From Neoechinorhynchus agilis (lineage: Eukaryota > Animalia > Acanthocephala): 64,000 nt of DNA. The DNA is taken from positions 3,223,489-3,287,488 of the forward strand of contig CM121342.1 of assembly GCA_051530055.1 (NCBI GenBank), read 5' to 3'. Under the pieces are notes generated by a model, which worked only from the letters and a program-made list of their open reading frames with translations, was not told the origin of the DNA and made no database searches. Positions 12,199 through 25,484 of the stretch are shown one piece after another. The first letter of the stretch is position 1. Every line of letters begins with the position of its first letter. The position numbers and the translations under genes are program-made.

Positions 12199-13046
12199 CT
12201 ACTTTGTTGATTGCGGCACCCTAAATGTGTCAGAAAAGAAATTTGAGCTTTTGGCACGCTTGTAGCGAGCAATAATTACATTTCGCATTTCCCTTGTTAA
12301 ATGATAAAAACGTTCATGATCGATGTTAAGCGTGAAAATATAGCTTCCTATATAATCAAATCTAAAAATGCACTCAATATCGTTATATTTGATCCTCTTT
12401 GACTTTGCACTTTTTGTTGCATCATGAAATTTAATTGTGTTTAAAGATGTTATTGATAAAAATGATTTAATATTTCCTTCAAAATTTCCTGTAAGAGGAA
12501 ATATTAAATCATTTTTCTTCACTTCGCCTGACCAAAGATGATTCTAAACTTAAAATGGATGCCAGTGAGTGTTTTTTTTTCAGTGGGGCTTTTGTGTGTG
12601 TGTGTGCAATCGGCTGTAAATTATTTGTTTGTTTGTGCCATAAAAATAAAGCTGAGCCAATTTCTCGGTCTGTAAGGCATCATCTTCGTTATAGACGATT
12701 CCATCGCAGGCTGCAATGTTCAATGTTACCTGCTTCATTGCATCTGCCGCCCCTGCCACACATACACGAGGCAAACAATATACTTTCTAACTCTTAACAC
12801 AAGATTAACACAAAGCCAGCAGAGTAATAAAAAAGCGATAACTGAGAAAAGAGTTGCTCTGTTGGTTAGACCTGCGGCAGCTCCGACGAATCGATCATAA
12901 TGAGGCATTTGAACGTTGCAGTTTCCAGTGAATCCTTTAATTTTCCATTTCTGTACACTCTTCCTTCGTTGCCTCCTTAAGAACATGGTGGGGGCCGAGA
13001 GGAAATTCTCCGTGGTAATGTCTATAGCAAAGTATGCCTCAATCAA
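12199..13046 (-). CDS. Possible multi-exon orphan gene with one TM helix
   Basis: Hydrophobic ATLFSVIAFLLLCWLCVNLVL. A phase-consistent GT-AG path exists (AA|gtatat..ggcag, GCAG|gtaaca..cttacag) into the 12199-12522 frame. No family recognised. Confidence 0.3.
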
Positions 13047-13631
13047 CAGGTGATGGGATGGCGGCCAAATAAGTGTCTACCAACTGTATAATTTGTCTTC
13101 TTTAAGTAGCAGGTTGAAAAGACATTATCGATAAATTTGTTATCTTCATGTAGGCGAGCAAGAGAGAGTCAAAACGTTTTGGCCACTTGAAATAACATGA
13201 AAAATGATTTCATTTTTTATGGAGACCGAAATGGTATCAAACTAGAGACGTAGATCTCAAGAGAAAGCGGATCAGGTAAAAGTGGATATATGTGTGTGTA
13301 TTATATTCCACAAATTCGGGTTGTTAACGACGATAAAAAAAAGACTCACATTGAGTTGTTTTCGTACAAAACGTTGTGTAGTTCTTGTAGAGAAATGTAG
13401 TATCTTTTTAAAAAAAATTGAAAATGATCGTTAACTAGGTCTTAAAATTATTCCGGTTTGTTGTAAAGGACCGTAAAAAAATAGTTCAAAGGGTAACATG
13501 TGATACGTAATCGTTATTTTTTTTACTTTGTTCAATGATCGTTCGTATTATAGTAAAACGCACAAAAATACCGTTTATAAAGTTCAATAATTTTTTTGTA
13601 AATCTTACTGTAAAGAAATTATTCATTAGAG

Positions 13632-14628
13632 TTTCAGTTTCAATTAGCGATGTTTCATTAAGAAAATAGATTTGGAACATTTTCGGCCTTTTCGTTTTCT
13701 TCAGTCAATTGTTAAAGTGAGTGGGAATAAAACACTTTAACAAAGAAAACGAAAAGGTCGAAAATTTTCAAGATAAATCTATTTTCTTAATGAAACATCG
13801 CTAATTGAAACTGAATTTTAAATACATTCAAAAAATACAAAAAACGTATTTAAGCAATATTGCTGTATTATTTAAATTTCAGTTTCAATTAGCGATGTTT
13901 CATTAAGAAAATAGATTTAGAACATTTTCGGCCTTTTCGTTTTCTTCAGTCAATTGTTAAAGTGAGTGGGAATAAAACACTTTAACAACTGACTGAAGAA
14001 AACGAAAAGGCCGAAAATTTTCAAGATAAATCTATTTTCTTAATGAAACATCGCTAATTGAAACTGAATTTTAAATACTTTAAAAAAATACTAAAACGTA
14101 TTTAAGCAATATTGCTGTATTATTTAAAATTCAGTTTCAATTAGCGATGTTTCATTAAGAAAATAGATTTAGAACATTTTCGGCCTTTTCGTTTTCTTCA
14201 GTCAATTGTTAAAGTGAGTGGGAATAAAACACTTTAACAACTGACTGAAGAAAACGAAAAGGCCGAAAATTTTCAAGATAAATCTATTTTCTTAATGAAA
14301 CATCGCTAATTGAAACTGAATTTTAAATACTTAAAAAATACAAAACGTATTTAAGCAATATTGCTGTATTATTTAAATTCAGTTTCAATTAGCGATGTTT
14401 CATTAAGAAAATAGATTTAGAACATTTTCGGCCTTTTCGTTTTCTTCAGTCAATTGTTAAAGTGAGTGGGAATAAAACACTTTAACAACTGACTGAAGAA
14501 AACGAAAAGGCCGAAAATTTTCAAGATAAATCTATTTTCTTAATGAAACATCGCTAATTGAAACTGAATTTTAAATACATTCAAAAAATACTAAAACGTA
14601 TTTAAGCAATATTGCTGTATTATTTAAA
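13632..14628. repeat. Head-to-tail array of four ~250-bp units, each a ~190-bp palindrome plus ~55-bp spacer
   Basis: TTCAGTTTCAATTAGCGATGTTTCATTAAGAAAATAGATT at ~13632, 13877, 14130 and 14378, each followed by its reverse complement AATCTATTTTCTTAATGAAACATCGCTAATTGAAACTGAA. Confidence 0.95.
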
Positions 14629-15579
14629 AACAGCTCTTGAATTTTAATAAATCGTCATTTTTACAAATTCCAGTGGCAATTTATATTTACTATATTCGCT
14701 CTTTATCACTTAAAAACAAGCTCCAATTTACGTGGAATGATTAAAAATTAATAATGTTTTTATTTAAAATTAGTTTTTTGAAGGGACAAAAGTTTTAAAA
14801 AAAGGTCATAACATTCTCGCTTAGAAAATTTTTATTGTAGTTTTAACCAAACCTGTTAGGTGGGATCATTGAGGCTTTTTAAGTTACATTTTCTCGTTAA
14901 ATGGCCGTTCTATGGAGACAAAAAAAAGACTTGCCTTTTTCGTTTAATAAAAAGAAATTAGAGACGTAAAAAAATTTGGTTCCAAAAAGAAGTGATTTTT
15001 TAAGACGTCTTTTGTGCCGATTTTCTTAACGACCCGATTATTGGGTTCATAGACGCGATATAAACGGCGGTGTTCCACTTGATACGACTCTTTTTTTTGG
15101 GGGGGGGGTGGATTCATCGGGACGCAAAGTTTTCTCGTTTTTTTTGTGTGTGAAGGTGTGTTTGTGAACAAGAATGTGTCATGTATCCGGACCCATTAAG
15201 ACATTTAGATGTGCTGAATAATCCGGCGGATATGTGCCATTGTTGATCTATTTTTTCGAGTGCTGTTGAGAGCCGGTTGATTTCTCAATTTCGATCCGGG
15301 TTTTGCTCATGTTCGCATTGTCAGACAGGTGACGACGGGTTTATTCTTCTTCTTGGAAGAGGAGAGCAATGCACGTCTGCATAGACTAGATATAGGAGAA
15401 AAAGCTTCTGCAACATTTGTCAAGAGTAAAAATGATCTCGGTTACAAAAGGGAGAGTCACCTTCCTTCATAGATGCCGGAGTGAACTTCTCTTTGTCCCA
15501 TTTTTACATATGAGTGATGAAATCATACGCTTTTAAACTAAGAGCAAAGTTCACCAATCTTTTTTCAAGACACAAATAC

Positions 15580-18500
15580 ATGAGTGATTCAGGCCTCCTC
15601 AGGATATATTTCCCGAATCGCAGTTTTCATAGTCTCAAATATACAAAAGAGACTTGTATCCAGGTCAGTGTAAGAGATGAACGAAAAAAACACCAATGGT
15701 TTCCTTACAAAAAAAGAATATCATCACTACTGTGATTAAAGGAAGGATAAGTCCTCAAAATGTTCCATTTAAGTCGTGTTATGCGTTGAGAGCTGTTAAA
15801 GAAACAAGTGCTGGATTAACAAAAAGGTGGCTACCGTCTCATTTTACAATGGACCGAGTTGAACAGAAGCTTATTGATCGGCCATCCTGGAGGTTTGATA
15901 TAACTTAAAAAGAAATTGAACTGCAGAAAAACAAATTATACTGATCTATAGATTCGAACTGAGAATTAGGTTCTTTCCAAAAAATCTCAAATCTATTATG
16001 GACGTAGACAAAGTCACTTTTAACTACCTTCATGATCAGTTGAAAAATGATTATATTCATCATGTGGCTCAGACGACTGAACAATCAGCTGCTATCAGAT
16101 TGGGCTGTCTCGATATCAGGTTATGATGTTCATTACAAAATTCCCAGTCGATATTTATTAAAAACTTTTAGAAAGTTGTCGATTCATTTAAATCCAAACG
16201 TACCGGGGAAGCGGATAAATGTGGAGTACATTGAAAAAGAACTAGGACTAGCTTCATTTTTCCCGGAAAATCTACTAGCCAAGACTAAGGTAAAGAAACA
16301 TAGAATTAATTATTTTGAGAATTACATTCGGGGGAATCTAATTTTGGTCTTCCCGGAGCTTTCACCACCCCGATAATTAAACATTAGTTATTGAATTAAA
16401 TATTTCGGAACCTGAGTTCCCTCTTCAGTAAATTATTTTTTTGAAAAAAAATCCGAAATATTTCAATAATTAATGTTTAATTCTCGGGGTGGTGACAGCT
16501 CACCGAAGACCAAAAATAGAATTAACTATTTTGAAATTATAAAAGTGAAAAATTCATTATGAAGACGTTGTCGAGGAATATTGCTTGAAAATTATAAAAA
16601 TTGCCCAATTTTCCATTTTTCATTTTAAAATAATTAATTAGACACCGCCAACTAGATTCGAACCCTTCGCAAACTTATGAAAGCTCAATTAAAAGAATTG
16701 GAAGGACTTGACGAGTTCAAATGCATTCTCAAATTTGCAGAAATTCTAAGGACAGTGTGGAAGTTCGATCAAGAGCGCTATAACTGTTTATTTGGTACCA
16801 TCAACGGGGTCTTAATCGTTGATCCCAACACCGGAGTAAGCTTCACCACGCAAACGGAATCTAAAACTAACGTGAGACACGCCAAAACGTTTTGATTCAA
16901 ATCTCATTTTCTTTGCTAGACGAGTGAATTAACAAATTTTGAAGATATTGAACTACTTGTTATATCTGATGAGGAATCGCGAATGTTATTAATCGATAGC
17001 ACTACTTCTACTACGGTATATGGTCTTTTCATCTCTCAAATTTAAAAGGTTAATGGGAAATGCGTTTAGCCGCTTAGATTTTTATTCGATTCAACGAGCA
17101 TCGCTTCGTCCGTAGGATATCTCATTGATGAATACTGTGCGATGTTTTCAAAGCCATTGAAAAGGCGTTTCTCGGAATCCCGACGGTCGAACAAAATGCG
17201 CGAAATCAATTCAAGTATTCCGTCCAATCAACTAATCTTTAAAAAGCAAGGTTAGATTTTGGGAATTTAAGTGAATTTCACTTTTTTTATTTACAGGAAC
17301 TGAAAATGAGTCCCAATTCATGATACCCAGAAACGCAGTTGACATTATTTCATTTATCGGTCAAGGAAAGTATGGTGATGTGTATAAAGGAACCTTTAAA
17401 GAAACGGTTTATAAAATGACTTTAATGAAAAATGACAATCGATAACGTTAAGGGTGAAGGAAAAACTGTGGCTATAAAAGTCGGAAAGGAGAATGATTCC
17501 ACATCAACTGAATTACTATTAAGTGAGGCAGGTGAGGCAATCTCGTTTTCATTAAAAAAAACCCGAATATTATTAGTTATTTTTAAAATTTCAATCAACC
17601 AAAATGTCCTCCGCTAGCTTTTAAGAAATTAATATTAGCTTAAAGAAAATTAACGTATAAATAATATTCTAAATCTTTATGCAACGCTAAAGATTTTAAG
17701 AAATTAATATTAGCTTAAAGAAAATTAACGTATAAATAATATTTAAAATCTTTATGTAACACTAAAGATTTTAAGAAATTAATATTAGCTTAAAGAAAAT
17801 TAACGTATAAATAATATTTAAAATCTTTATGTAACACTAAAGATTTTAAGAAATTAATATTAGCTTAAAGAAAATTAACGTTTAAATGATATTTAAAATC
17901 TTTATGTAACACTAAAGATTTTGAAAAATTAATATTAGCTTAAAGAAAATTAACGTATAAATAATATTTAAAATCTTTATGCAACGCTAAAGATTTTAAG
18001 AAATTAATATTAGCTTAAAGAAAATTAACGTATAAATAATATTTAAAATCTTTATGTAACACTAAAGATTTTAAGAAATTAATATTAGCTTAAAGAAAAT
18101 TAACGTATAAATAATATTTAAAATCTTTATGTAACGTTTAAGGGTTACTCTTAGAATCATTCCGTTTCCAAGTGGATAGGAGGGATAAGATGTCAATTTG
18201 CCATCAATAATATACCACATCATGAAAGCTTACCTAAAAGTGTTTCGAAAGGCGGCAATTGTTAAAGCCATTGTCATTCAAATATTATTTTAAAGTAAAT
18301 AAAATAATTTAACTGAAAACAAAGATTCATTATTAAACTAGAATGTAAAATTCATTGTTTTGGTGTTGGATTATTAACTTTCAAACCCCCTTTAATATTT
18401 AGCTCATAATTATTATTTCTTTGGATTTCGTTAAGAAACGTTACCGCTAATAAGAATACTGATCATATAAAGAACAACGTTTTGATTATTTTCTTTTAAA

Positions 18501-21500
18501 CGAACAATTTAGTGATTGCTAAACTAGCGATTAGAAATGTGTTCACTAATTGTATTTTGCTTTTAAATGCACGCCAATAAAATCAATCAATATTATACAG
18601 TGATTTGATCAGTTATAAATAAGTTAGGATTTGTTAATTTAAAGATCTTTATAATTTTTCGTGAAAATTGATTTTTTTCTAGATTAATTTTTATTTCGCT
18701 TAGAAACATTTCTGCTGGAGGAGAATTAACGATTTTAAAAGTATTTTTCACACGAAACATCCAATGTCACTATTTAGCTTCACATTTACTAACCCATACG
18801 ATTCTGCTGCCAAGATTTAAAATTTGGTTGACGATTTTCACTACAGGGTACACTAGAATTATTCTTGCTAATAGTTCTAAAAAGCGTTGAAGCGATGTTT
18901 AAAATGGTGCTTAAAAGCTAACAAAAATCCTGTTTAGGTATGATGCAGAAATTCTCCCATCCGAACATTATAAGAGTCTACGGAGTGTGCCCCGTTGATC
19001 CTGTGATGGTAATAATGGAGCTGGCCGAAATCGGAGAGGTATTATTGCTGTGAATCGCGATAATCTCTCACCTGTTTCATAATACAATCGAAAAGCTTCG
19101 CCGGTACATTCGAAGCAATGCCAAGTCCCTGTCACCTATTCGTCTTATAAACTATTGTGAGCAACTTGCGATGGCTCTTGAATTTCTGGAAACCAATAAT
19201 TTCGTACACAGGTTCTCGTTAAAACCTAGTCATTATTTCTAAAGTATTCTGCTTTAATATAGAGATATTGTCGCAAGAAAGATTTTGATGACCTCTCCGG
19301 ATAGCATAAAACTGGCAGATTTCGGCATTTCTCGACAGTTCGATAACTTCGTCAACCAAACTTCTCCAAAACAAACAAGAAAAACAAAAATACCAATCAG
19401 GTGGATGGCACCGGAGTCAATAATCTATAACCAGTTCACTCATTCTAGTGATGTGTGGATGTTTGGTAAGTGTGAGACAGCTAGAATTGTGGATTGCAGT
19501 GTTTCGGTTTATGGAATAGTGCGTAACGCAATTAAGAACACTATCTGGGCCAAAAGAGTAACAAGAGTCTTAATGTAATGTCGATTATAAATAGATTTCC
19601 GTCTTGGGAACAGCGGTTTTTTCGATCCAAAATGCTAAACATAAGATATAGCCTTATTTTTGAAATAAAAAATAACAACATTAGAAATAAACTTTTCCGA
19701 ACAAAAAAATAAGGACAAAAAAATTAATTTGACTAATATTTTTAAAGGTGTTTGCGTATGGGAGATTATGACTTGTGGGTTGAAGCCATACAGCGGTATA
19801 GCGAATAACCGAGTTGCAGATCACATTGAAGCTGGGAACAGACTACCACAACCGTCGGGTTGTCCTGATGATCTTTACAACCTCATGCAGTTATGTTGGC
19901 TCTACAGCTATCAATCGCGTCCCAAATTTGCCGAGCTCAAGGACGCAATAAGGTACTGTTTTTCCTTTCTAACAAAACCCAATGGCATTTCACATAGCAA
20001 AATAAAAGAGGAGATGTTAAATGAAATAAGACAAAACGCCAACAGCGCCTTCAAACAAAGTAAAACTCACCTTCGTTGTAGTAGCCGCTTCATGAATGAT
20101 GATTCGCTGAATTTAGGGCCTGTAAATAATATATCTAAAACGAGTATAGATCAAGAGACAAACGTTGATCGGGTACCTTTTTCACGGTTTAGAGTTGATC
20201 AATTTAATCTTTAGGAGAACAAAAATGTGCTCAATGATAAATCGCAGCCATTCACGGTGATAGGAATCGACTATGGCCTTATTTGCGACCTGCACAACAA
20301 AGCGAAGGAGATCGTAGGTGCTGTTTTGTCGCTCAACGTCGCTGCCGCAAATAAATCAGTAAGGCAGAGATCCGAAACTCGGTTGCGCTCATTGGTTCTA
20401 TTTCACACTAAGAGATACTGCGCACATTTCTTTAGTCTAACATTTTTAATACGGTAAGAACTATAACAAGTCAATTAAACTGCCTTAATTTCTGTTGCTT
20501 TTTATAAATTCCTAACTGAAGTCTTAAATATTTATAAAGAACCGATTAGCTCTAGTGTAAATGGCAACAATCTTTTTTCCCTCGAAATATTCTGCAGGGC
20601 ATTCATTTCAATGCATAAAAACGCGGCTAACCGCACCAAATATGAAAAATAGTTGAATTATTTTGTTTATATATTGAAGTTTCTGCGGTTGAACAAGCAT
20701 ACTGCCAAGTGCGAAATACCGAATGCCTACTATAGCGGAACCAGCTTAGTTTGCCGATGCTGCACATTCTTCGCGTCTCCCAACAAAAGTTCCCAGAAAG
20801 ATTAGTACGTAGTTTCTTAAGAGGAAATCCGAGATACGGCACCGTCTCTTGGGATTATCACTTCATTTATATTGAGAGAAGGAGAAAGTTATCATTTCGA
20901 AACACACAAGACATTTGTTTAACATTTAGTCGGCAAATTGCGACCTAATCACAATTTAAACTCAAAGTGGTGATAAACGGCGAAATTCGTGATTAGCGAA
21001 AAAAAACGCGAAATGCCAGTATCCTTGAGAGAATAGAACTTTTAAGAGGTTACCCTTCGTACTGTGAAATAAACTGTTTTTGAGACTGGGAAATTTCAAA
21101 TACATTAGTGCATTTGATTGTGGCTTCAAAATGATTTTTAAACGATGTTTGTCGCATTTTAATATAGTGGATTCAGCTGAAATTTATCTGCCTTCCTTTC
21201 TTTTACTGGCAAAATAGTTTAAGACTTTTTCCGAAATCGTACATTAGTTGTGGATCTCTGCAAGACGAGGTCAGGACATTATTCTACAAGCAAAGTTCGT
21301 TGGAATGGCAGTTCGGGATTTCGTAGGGATGATCGACATTTTCGCTAAGAATATCGACGACAATGACAAGAAGCAAAGAGTGAGTTGTCTTAAAGATGGT
21401 AAACTTTCCAGTTATTGTCTAGTTCGCTAGTTGGTTGAGAGTCAAGAGCAGATAGCCGAAGAGATGACACAGATGATTGCTGATTTAAGAGCGTCAAGTG

Positions 21501-21598
21501 TTGACGCGGTTGTGATTAGTTCTGTAAAGATTGCTAAAATTTCAAAGACAATGTTTGATAGTATCCAAGATCAGTTCTTTTGTTCTACGACCGTGTAG
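15580..21598 (+). CDS. PTK2: Focal adhesion kinase (FERM - tyrosine kinase - FAT), ~16 GT-AG introns
   Basis: Exons joined by eye: FELRIRFFP, AIRLGCLDIR, IRTLRKLMK, ILKFAEIL..VWKFDQE and LIDEYC (FERM). Kinase: IGQGKYGDVYKG, VAIK, HPNIIRVYGV, HRD, DFG, IPIRWMAPES, SDVWMFGVCVWEI. FAT: EIVGAVLSL and AKFVGMAVRDFV. Stop TAG at 21596-21598. Confidence 0.93.
16341..16520. mobile_element. Fold-back MITE-like element inside a FAK intron
   Basis: Arms TTTTGGTCTTC..AGCT.TCACCACCCCGA.AATTAAACATTA.TTATTGAA..ATATTTCGGA and its reverse complement. Flanked by ~24-bp imperfect direct repeats TAGAATTAA.TATTTTGA. Confidence 0.85.
17619..18137. repeat. Intronic minisatellite, 75-bp unit x ~7 (FAK intron)
   Basis: TTTTAAGAAATTAATATTAGCTTAAAGAAAATTAACG at 17619, 17694, 17769 and onward to 18069. 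Confidence 0.95.
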
Positions 21599-22034
21599 TT
21601 TACCGTTCAGAGCAAGATCATTTCTGGATCTTATTGTACAATAAAGACGATAAGAAAGCGAATAATAAAGAAGGTACTCTTCATCTTTTTGTATGCAAGT
21701 GATTCGTAGAAAACATTGATTGTATGCTTAAGGAATTCTGTAAAAGCTTTCTACTGTCAACATAACAGACAGTGGCAAGAAATTTACAACTGAATGTGAG
21801 ACTAAGCACATTCGGAGCTGACGGCATCACATCAAGCGGATCATGTAGAGTTAGCTCACTTCACTTAAATTAATTTTAGGGATCACAAAGTCCACGACGT
21901 TAATTGAAGGCAGAACTCCATTTATCATAACTTGTTTACTTCTCGCGATTAGAATAAACACAACTTTTGTGAGCAAGAACTCACGGATTACTTCATTGGC
22001 ACCCTCGTCTCGGACTCGAAATAAAACTTTGGGC

Positions 22035-23470
22035 CATGCTATAATCCGAGAATAGATTTGGAATCAGCGCGTTGAAATGTACTAAATTAACATAATCAAT
22101 AAATTACAGCCGTATTATTGGCGTCGGAAATCGCATTATCATATTAAGCCAAAAGTCACAGGAGTGAAAGATCACTAGATTTGCAAGATTCATTAAAATT
22201 GGATAACACCAATGAAATCAGCGCATTTGATATGCTCAAAATGTTTTGTAATTTCACAACCACTTCTTGGCACCATGGATTTAAGTAGCATTTCTGATGC
22301 GCTGATTTCAATGGTGTTATCCAATTTTAATGAATCTTGCAAATTTAGTGATCTTTCACTTCTGTGACTTTGACTTAATATGATAATGCGATTTCTGACG
22401 CCAATAATACGGCTGTAGTTTATAACTTATGTTCGCTCATTTAGTACATCGCTACGCACTGATTCCAAACCTGTTTTCGGATTTGCGATAGCTGTCACAA
22501 TTCTTGAGTTATTCGTCTTTCAATTTTTAGACCAATAACCTTGATTATCGATATTAAAACATTAATAAATTATGGATCAAATTAACTTTTCTTGATCTAC
22601 TTTTGATGAGGATTTCACCTGCAATAACGGTTTCTTGTGGCTTTGTAAATCTTTACATTTAGTTTTAAGATTGAGGTTCATAAAAGACACCTGAATTAAA
22701 TCCATGGAGCTAGGAAGTGGTTATGAACTGATAAAACATTTTGAGCATTTCTGATTCGCTGATTTCAATGATATTATCCAATTTTAATGAGTATTGCAAA
22801 TATAGTGATCTTTCGCTCATGTGGCTTTTGACTAAATATGATAATGCGATTTCCGACGCCAATAATACAGCTGTAGTTTACTGAAAAAGTTCATTTATTA
22901 CATATCAACGCAATGATTTTAAATCTGTTTTCCGATTCGCGATAGCTGTCACAATTCTTGAGTTATTCGTCTTTCAATTTTTAGACCAATAACCTTCATT
23001 ATCGATATTAAAACATTAATAAATTTAAGATCAAATTAACTTTTCTAGATCTACTTTGATGAGGATTTCACCTGCAATAACGGTTTCTTGTGGCTTTGTA
23101 AATCTTTACATTTAGTTTTAAGATTGAGGTTCATAAAAGACACCTGAATTAAATCCATGGAGCTAGGAAGTGGTTATGAACTGATAAAACATTTTGAGCA
23201 TTTCTGATTCGCTGATTTCAATGATATTATCCAATTTTAATGAGTATTGCAAATATAGTGATCTTTCGCTCTTGTGACCTTTGACTAAATGTGATAATGC
23301 GATTTCCGACCCCAATGGTAGAGCTGCAGTTCATTTATTATGTCCATTTAGTACATCTCAACGTGCTGATTCCAAATATGTTTCCGGACTCAAGAATTAT
23401 GACAGCTATCGTAAATCCGAAAACAGATTTGGAATCAGCGCGTTGAGATGTACTAAATGAACATAATCAA
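22035..23470. repeat. Composite inverted/tandem repeat: ~470-bp palindrome followed by ~450-bp tandem duplication of one arm plus spacer
   Basis: 22050-22240 is the reverse complement of 22285-22480. GATAGCTGTCACAATTCTTGAGTTATTCG occurs at 22487 and 22941. Further arm copies lie at 22740-22930, 23190-23400 and (inverted) 23410-23470. Confidence 0.9.
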
Positions 23471-24054
23471 TAAAATCTCTTTGCGGCCTGATATCGCGCG
23501 TCCCTTGGGATTCTGTTTAGAACGTTACTGGGCAGAACCCACTCACAATATTCCGTACAAATCTATTTTCATTTTGTTATGTTGATGTCGTGATAGGATT
23601 TTGGCGCACACCATCAATGGACTTAGGGGGTGAATCGGAACCTAGTGCATAAATTGATGTTGCAAAAGATAAATATGATTTTATATAAATCTCTTTGTTG
23701 AACATTATTTATAGCAGCGCCGATAATAAAAAGCTGAATGGCGTTGGAATTAGGAAACAAGGTATAGAGAAAGCAACCACGAAGGGTACGAGATTATTTT
23801 CAGAGTGTTTGAGTATCAGGTTCAATAAATTTTGCGCGATAAATAGATAACACAACCTCTGAGAATTTCTCCGATGATTAAAGCAAATAGGACTGACAAT
23901 GCCTTATTTGCACTACTGCTTTGTATCGAATTTTATTATGTGGTCTATTCAAGCGGTGATACTCTCTAGGCGATAACATTCAAAAGAACCGTATTAGAAA
24001 ATGATTAAAATAAACCACTCTATCTTAGTCACATCTCTGAGCGACTACAAATGT

Positions 24055-25185
24055 TTAGAAGCACTTTCTGTGGACAATCGAAGGTCCGCTTTCGTCGTAT
24101 TCCTCCTTTGAAATCCACATTGATTGGAACGTTGACAATGAAGCGAGAATAGATCCACCGATCCATACAGAGTATTTACGTTCAGGTGGGGCGATAATCT
24201 TAATTTTGATTGTGCTTGGCGCAAGAGCAGTCATTTCCTTTTGCATTCGATCAGCAATACCCGGGTACATGCTACTACCTCCCGAAAGGACGGTATTAGC
24301 ATAAAGATCTTTGCGGATATCAATATCACATCGCATTATTGAGTTAAAAGTAGTTTCATGAACTCCAAGGATTTCCATTCCTACAAACGAAGGTTGGAAC
24401 AATGCTTCAGGGCAACGGAATCTCTCGTTTCCAATGCTGATCACTTGACCATCAGGAAGTTCGTAACTCTTTTCAATCGATGATGAACTTGCGGCAATAG
24501 CCAATTCTTGTTCAAAATCCAGCGCCACATAACACAGTTTCTCCTTGATATCTCTCACGATTTCCCGTTCTGCCGATGAGACAAAGGCATAACCGTGTTC
24601 CATCATGATTTTCATCATGTATTCGGTCAATTCCCGTCCAGCGACGTCCAGACGGAGAATGGCATGAGGAAGGGCGTATCCTTCGTAGATGGGAACTGTA
24701 TGAGTTACACCGTCCCCAGAGTCCAGAACAACTCCGGTTGTTCGCCCTGAGGCGTATAAAGAAAGGACGGCCTGAATGGCCACGTACATGGCTGGTGAAT
24801 TGAAAGTTTCGAACATGATTTGAGTCATCTTTTCTCTGTTCACTTTTGGATTCAATGGAGACTCAGTCTGAAGAGTAGGATGCTCTTCTGGAGCAACTCG
24901 GAGTTCATTGTAAAAAGTATGATGCCATACTTTCTCCATATCATCCCAGTTTGTAATGATGCCATGCTCAACTGGATACTTTAGAGTCAATATTCCTCTC
25001 TTGCTCTGAGCTTCATCTCCAACATAAGAGTCCTTTTGCCCCATTCCGACCATCACTGCCTGGTATTTGGGCCGTCCAACGATTGACGGAAACACGACAC
25101 GAGGAGCATCGTCCCCGGCGAATCCGGCTTTGCACATACCCGATCCATTGTCAATCACGACTGCTGCGACCTCGTCTTCTGCCAT
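24055..25185 (-). CDS. ACT: Actin, intronless, moderately divergent
   Basis: 376 aa with [39 protein letters not shown] and IVHRKCF. Confidence 0.99.
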   Translation of the reverse strand: MAEDEVAAVVIDNGSGMCKAGFAGDDAPRVVFPSIVGRPKYQAVMVGMGQKDSYVGDEAQSKRGILTLKYPVEHGIITNWDDMEKVWHHTFYNELRVAPEEHPTLQTESPLNPKVNREKMTQIMFETFNSPAMYVAIQAVLSLYASGRTTGVVLDSGDGVTHTVPIYEGYALPHAILRLDVAGRELTEYMMKIMMEHGYAFVSSAEREIVRDIKEKLCYVALDFEQELAIAASSSSIEKSYELPDGQVISIGNERFRCPEALFQPSFVGMEILGVHETTFNSIMRCDIDIRKDLYANTVLSGGSSMYPGIADRMQKEMTALAPSTIKIKIIAPPERKYSVWIGGSILASLSTFQSMWISKEEYDESGPSIVHRKCF

Positions 25186-25228
25186 TGGGAGGATTTGCTA
25201 AGTGCTCATCCTATTACTTGCAATCTAC

Positions 25229-25235
25229 TTTTATA
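25229..25235 (-). promoter_or_regulatory. TATA box of actin
   Basis: TATAAAA on the minus strand, 44 nt upstream of the actin ATG. Confidence 0.6.
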
Positions 25236-25484
25236 TGGCATTCATGCATAATAAGTCCACGTAGCTTTTTCCGTAAAAGGAAATCCGCGCTGAGCTGTTT
25301 CTATTTCTTTGCTTTATGCAGAATGTAAGCGTCTGATGGCATGAAGATTCGACGGAGATGCGCCTAAAGCAAGCTTTTTCGAGCGACAATATCGCATTTA
25401 TCCCTTATATTATATTCCCGTTAGATCCTTTTTGAACACCTTAATATTTTAAACGTATCCCCTTTGAACATTTATTAATATATA

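Noticed and set aside
15321-15416. 31-aa minus-strand ORF MLQKLFLLYLVYADVHCSPLPRRR..., signal-peptide-like
   Set aside because: Too short, with no paralog or clear splice continuation, and expected by chance.
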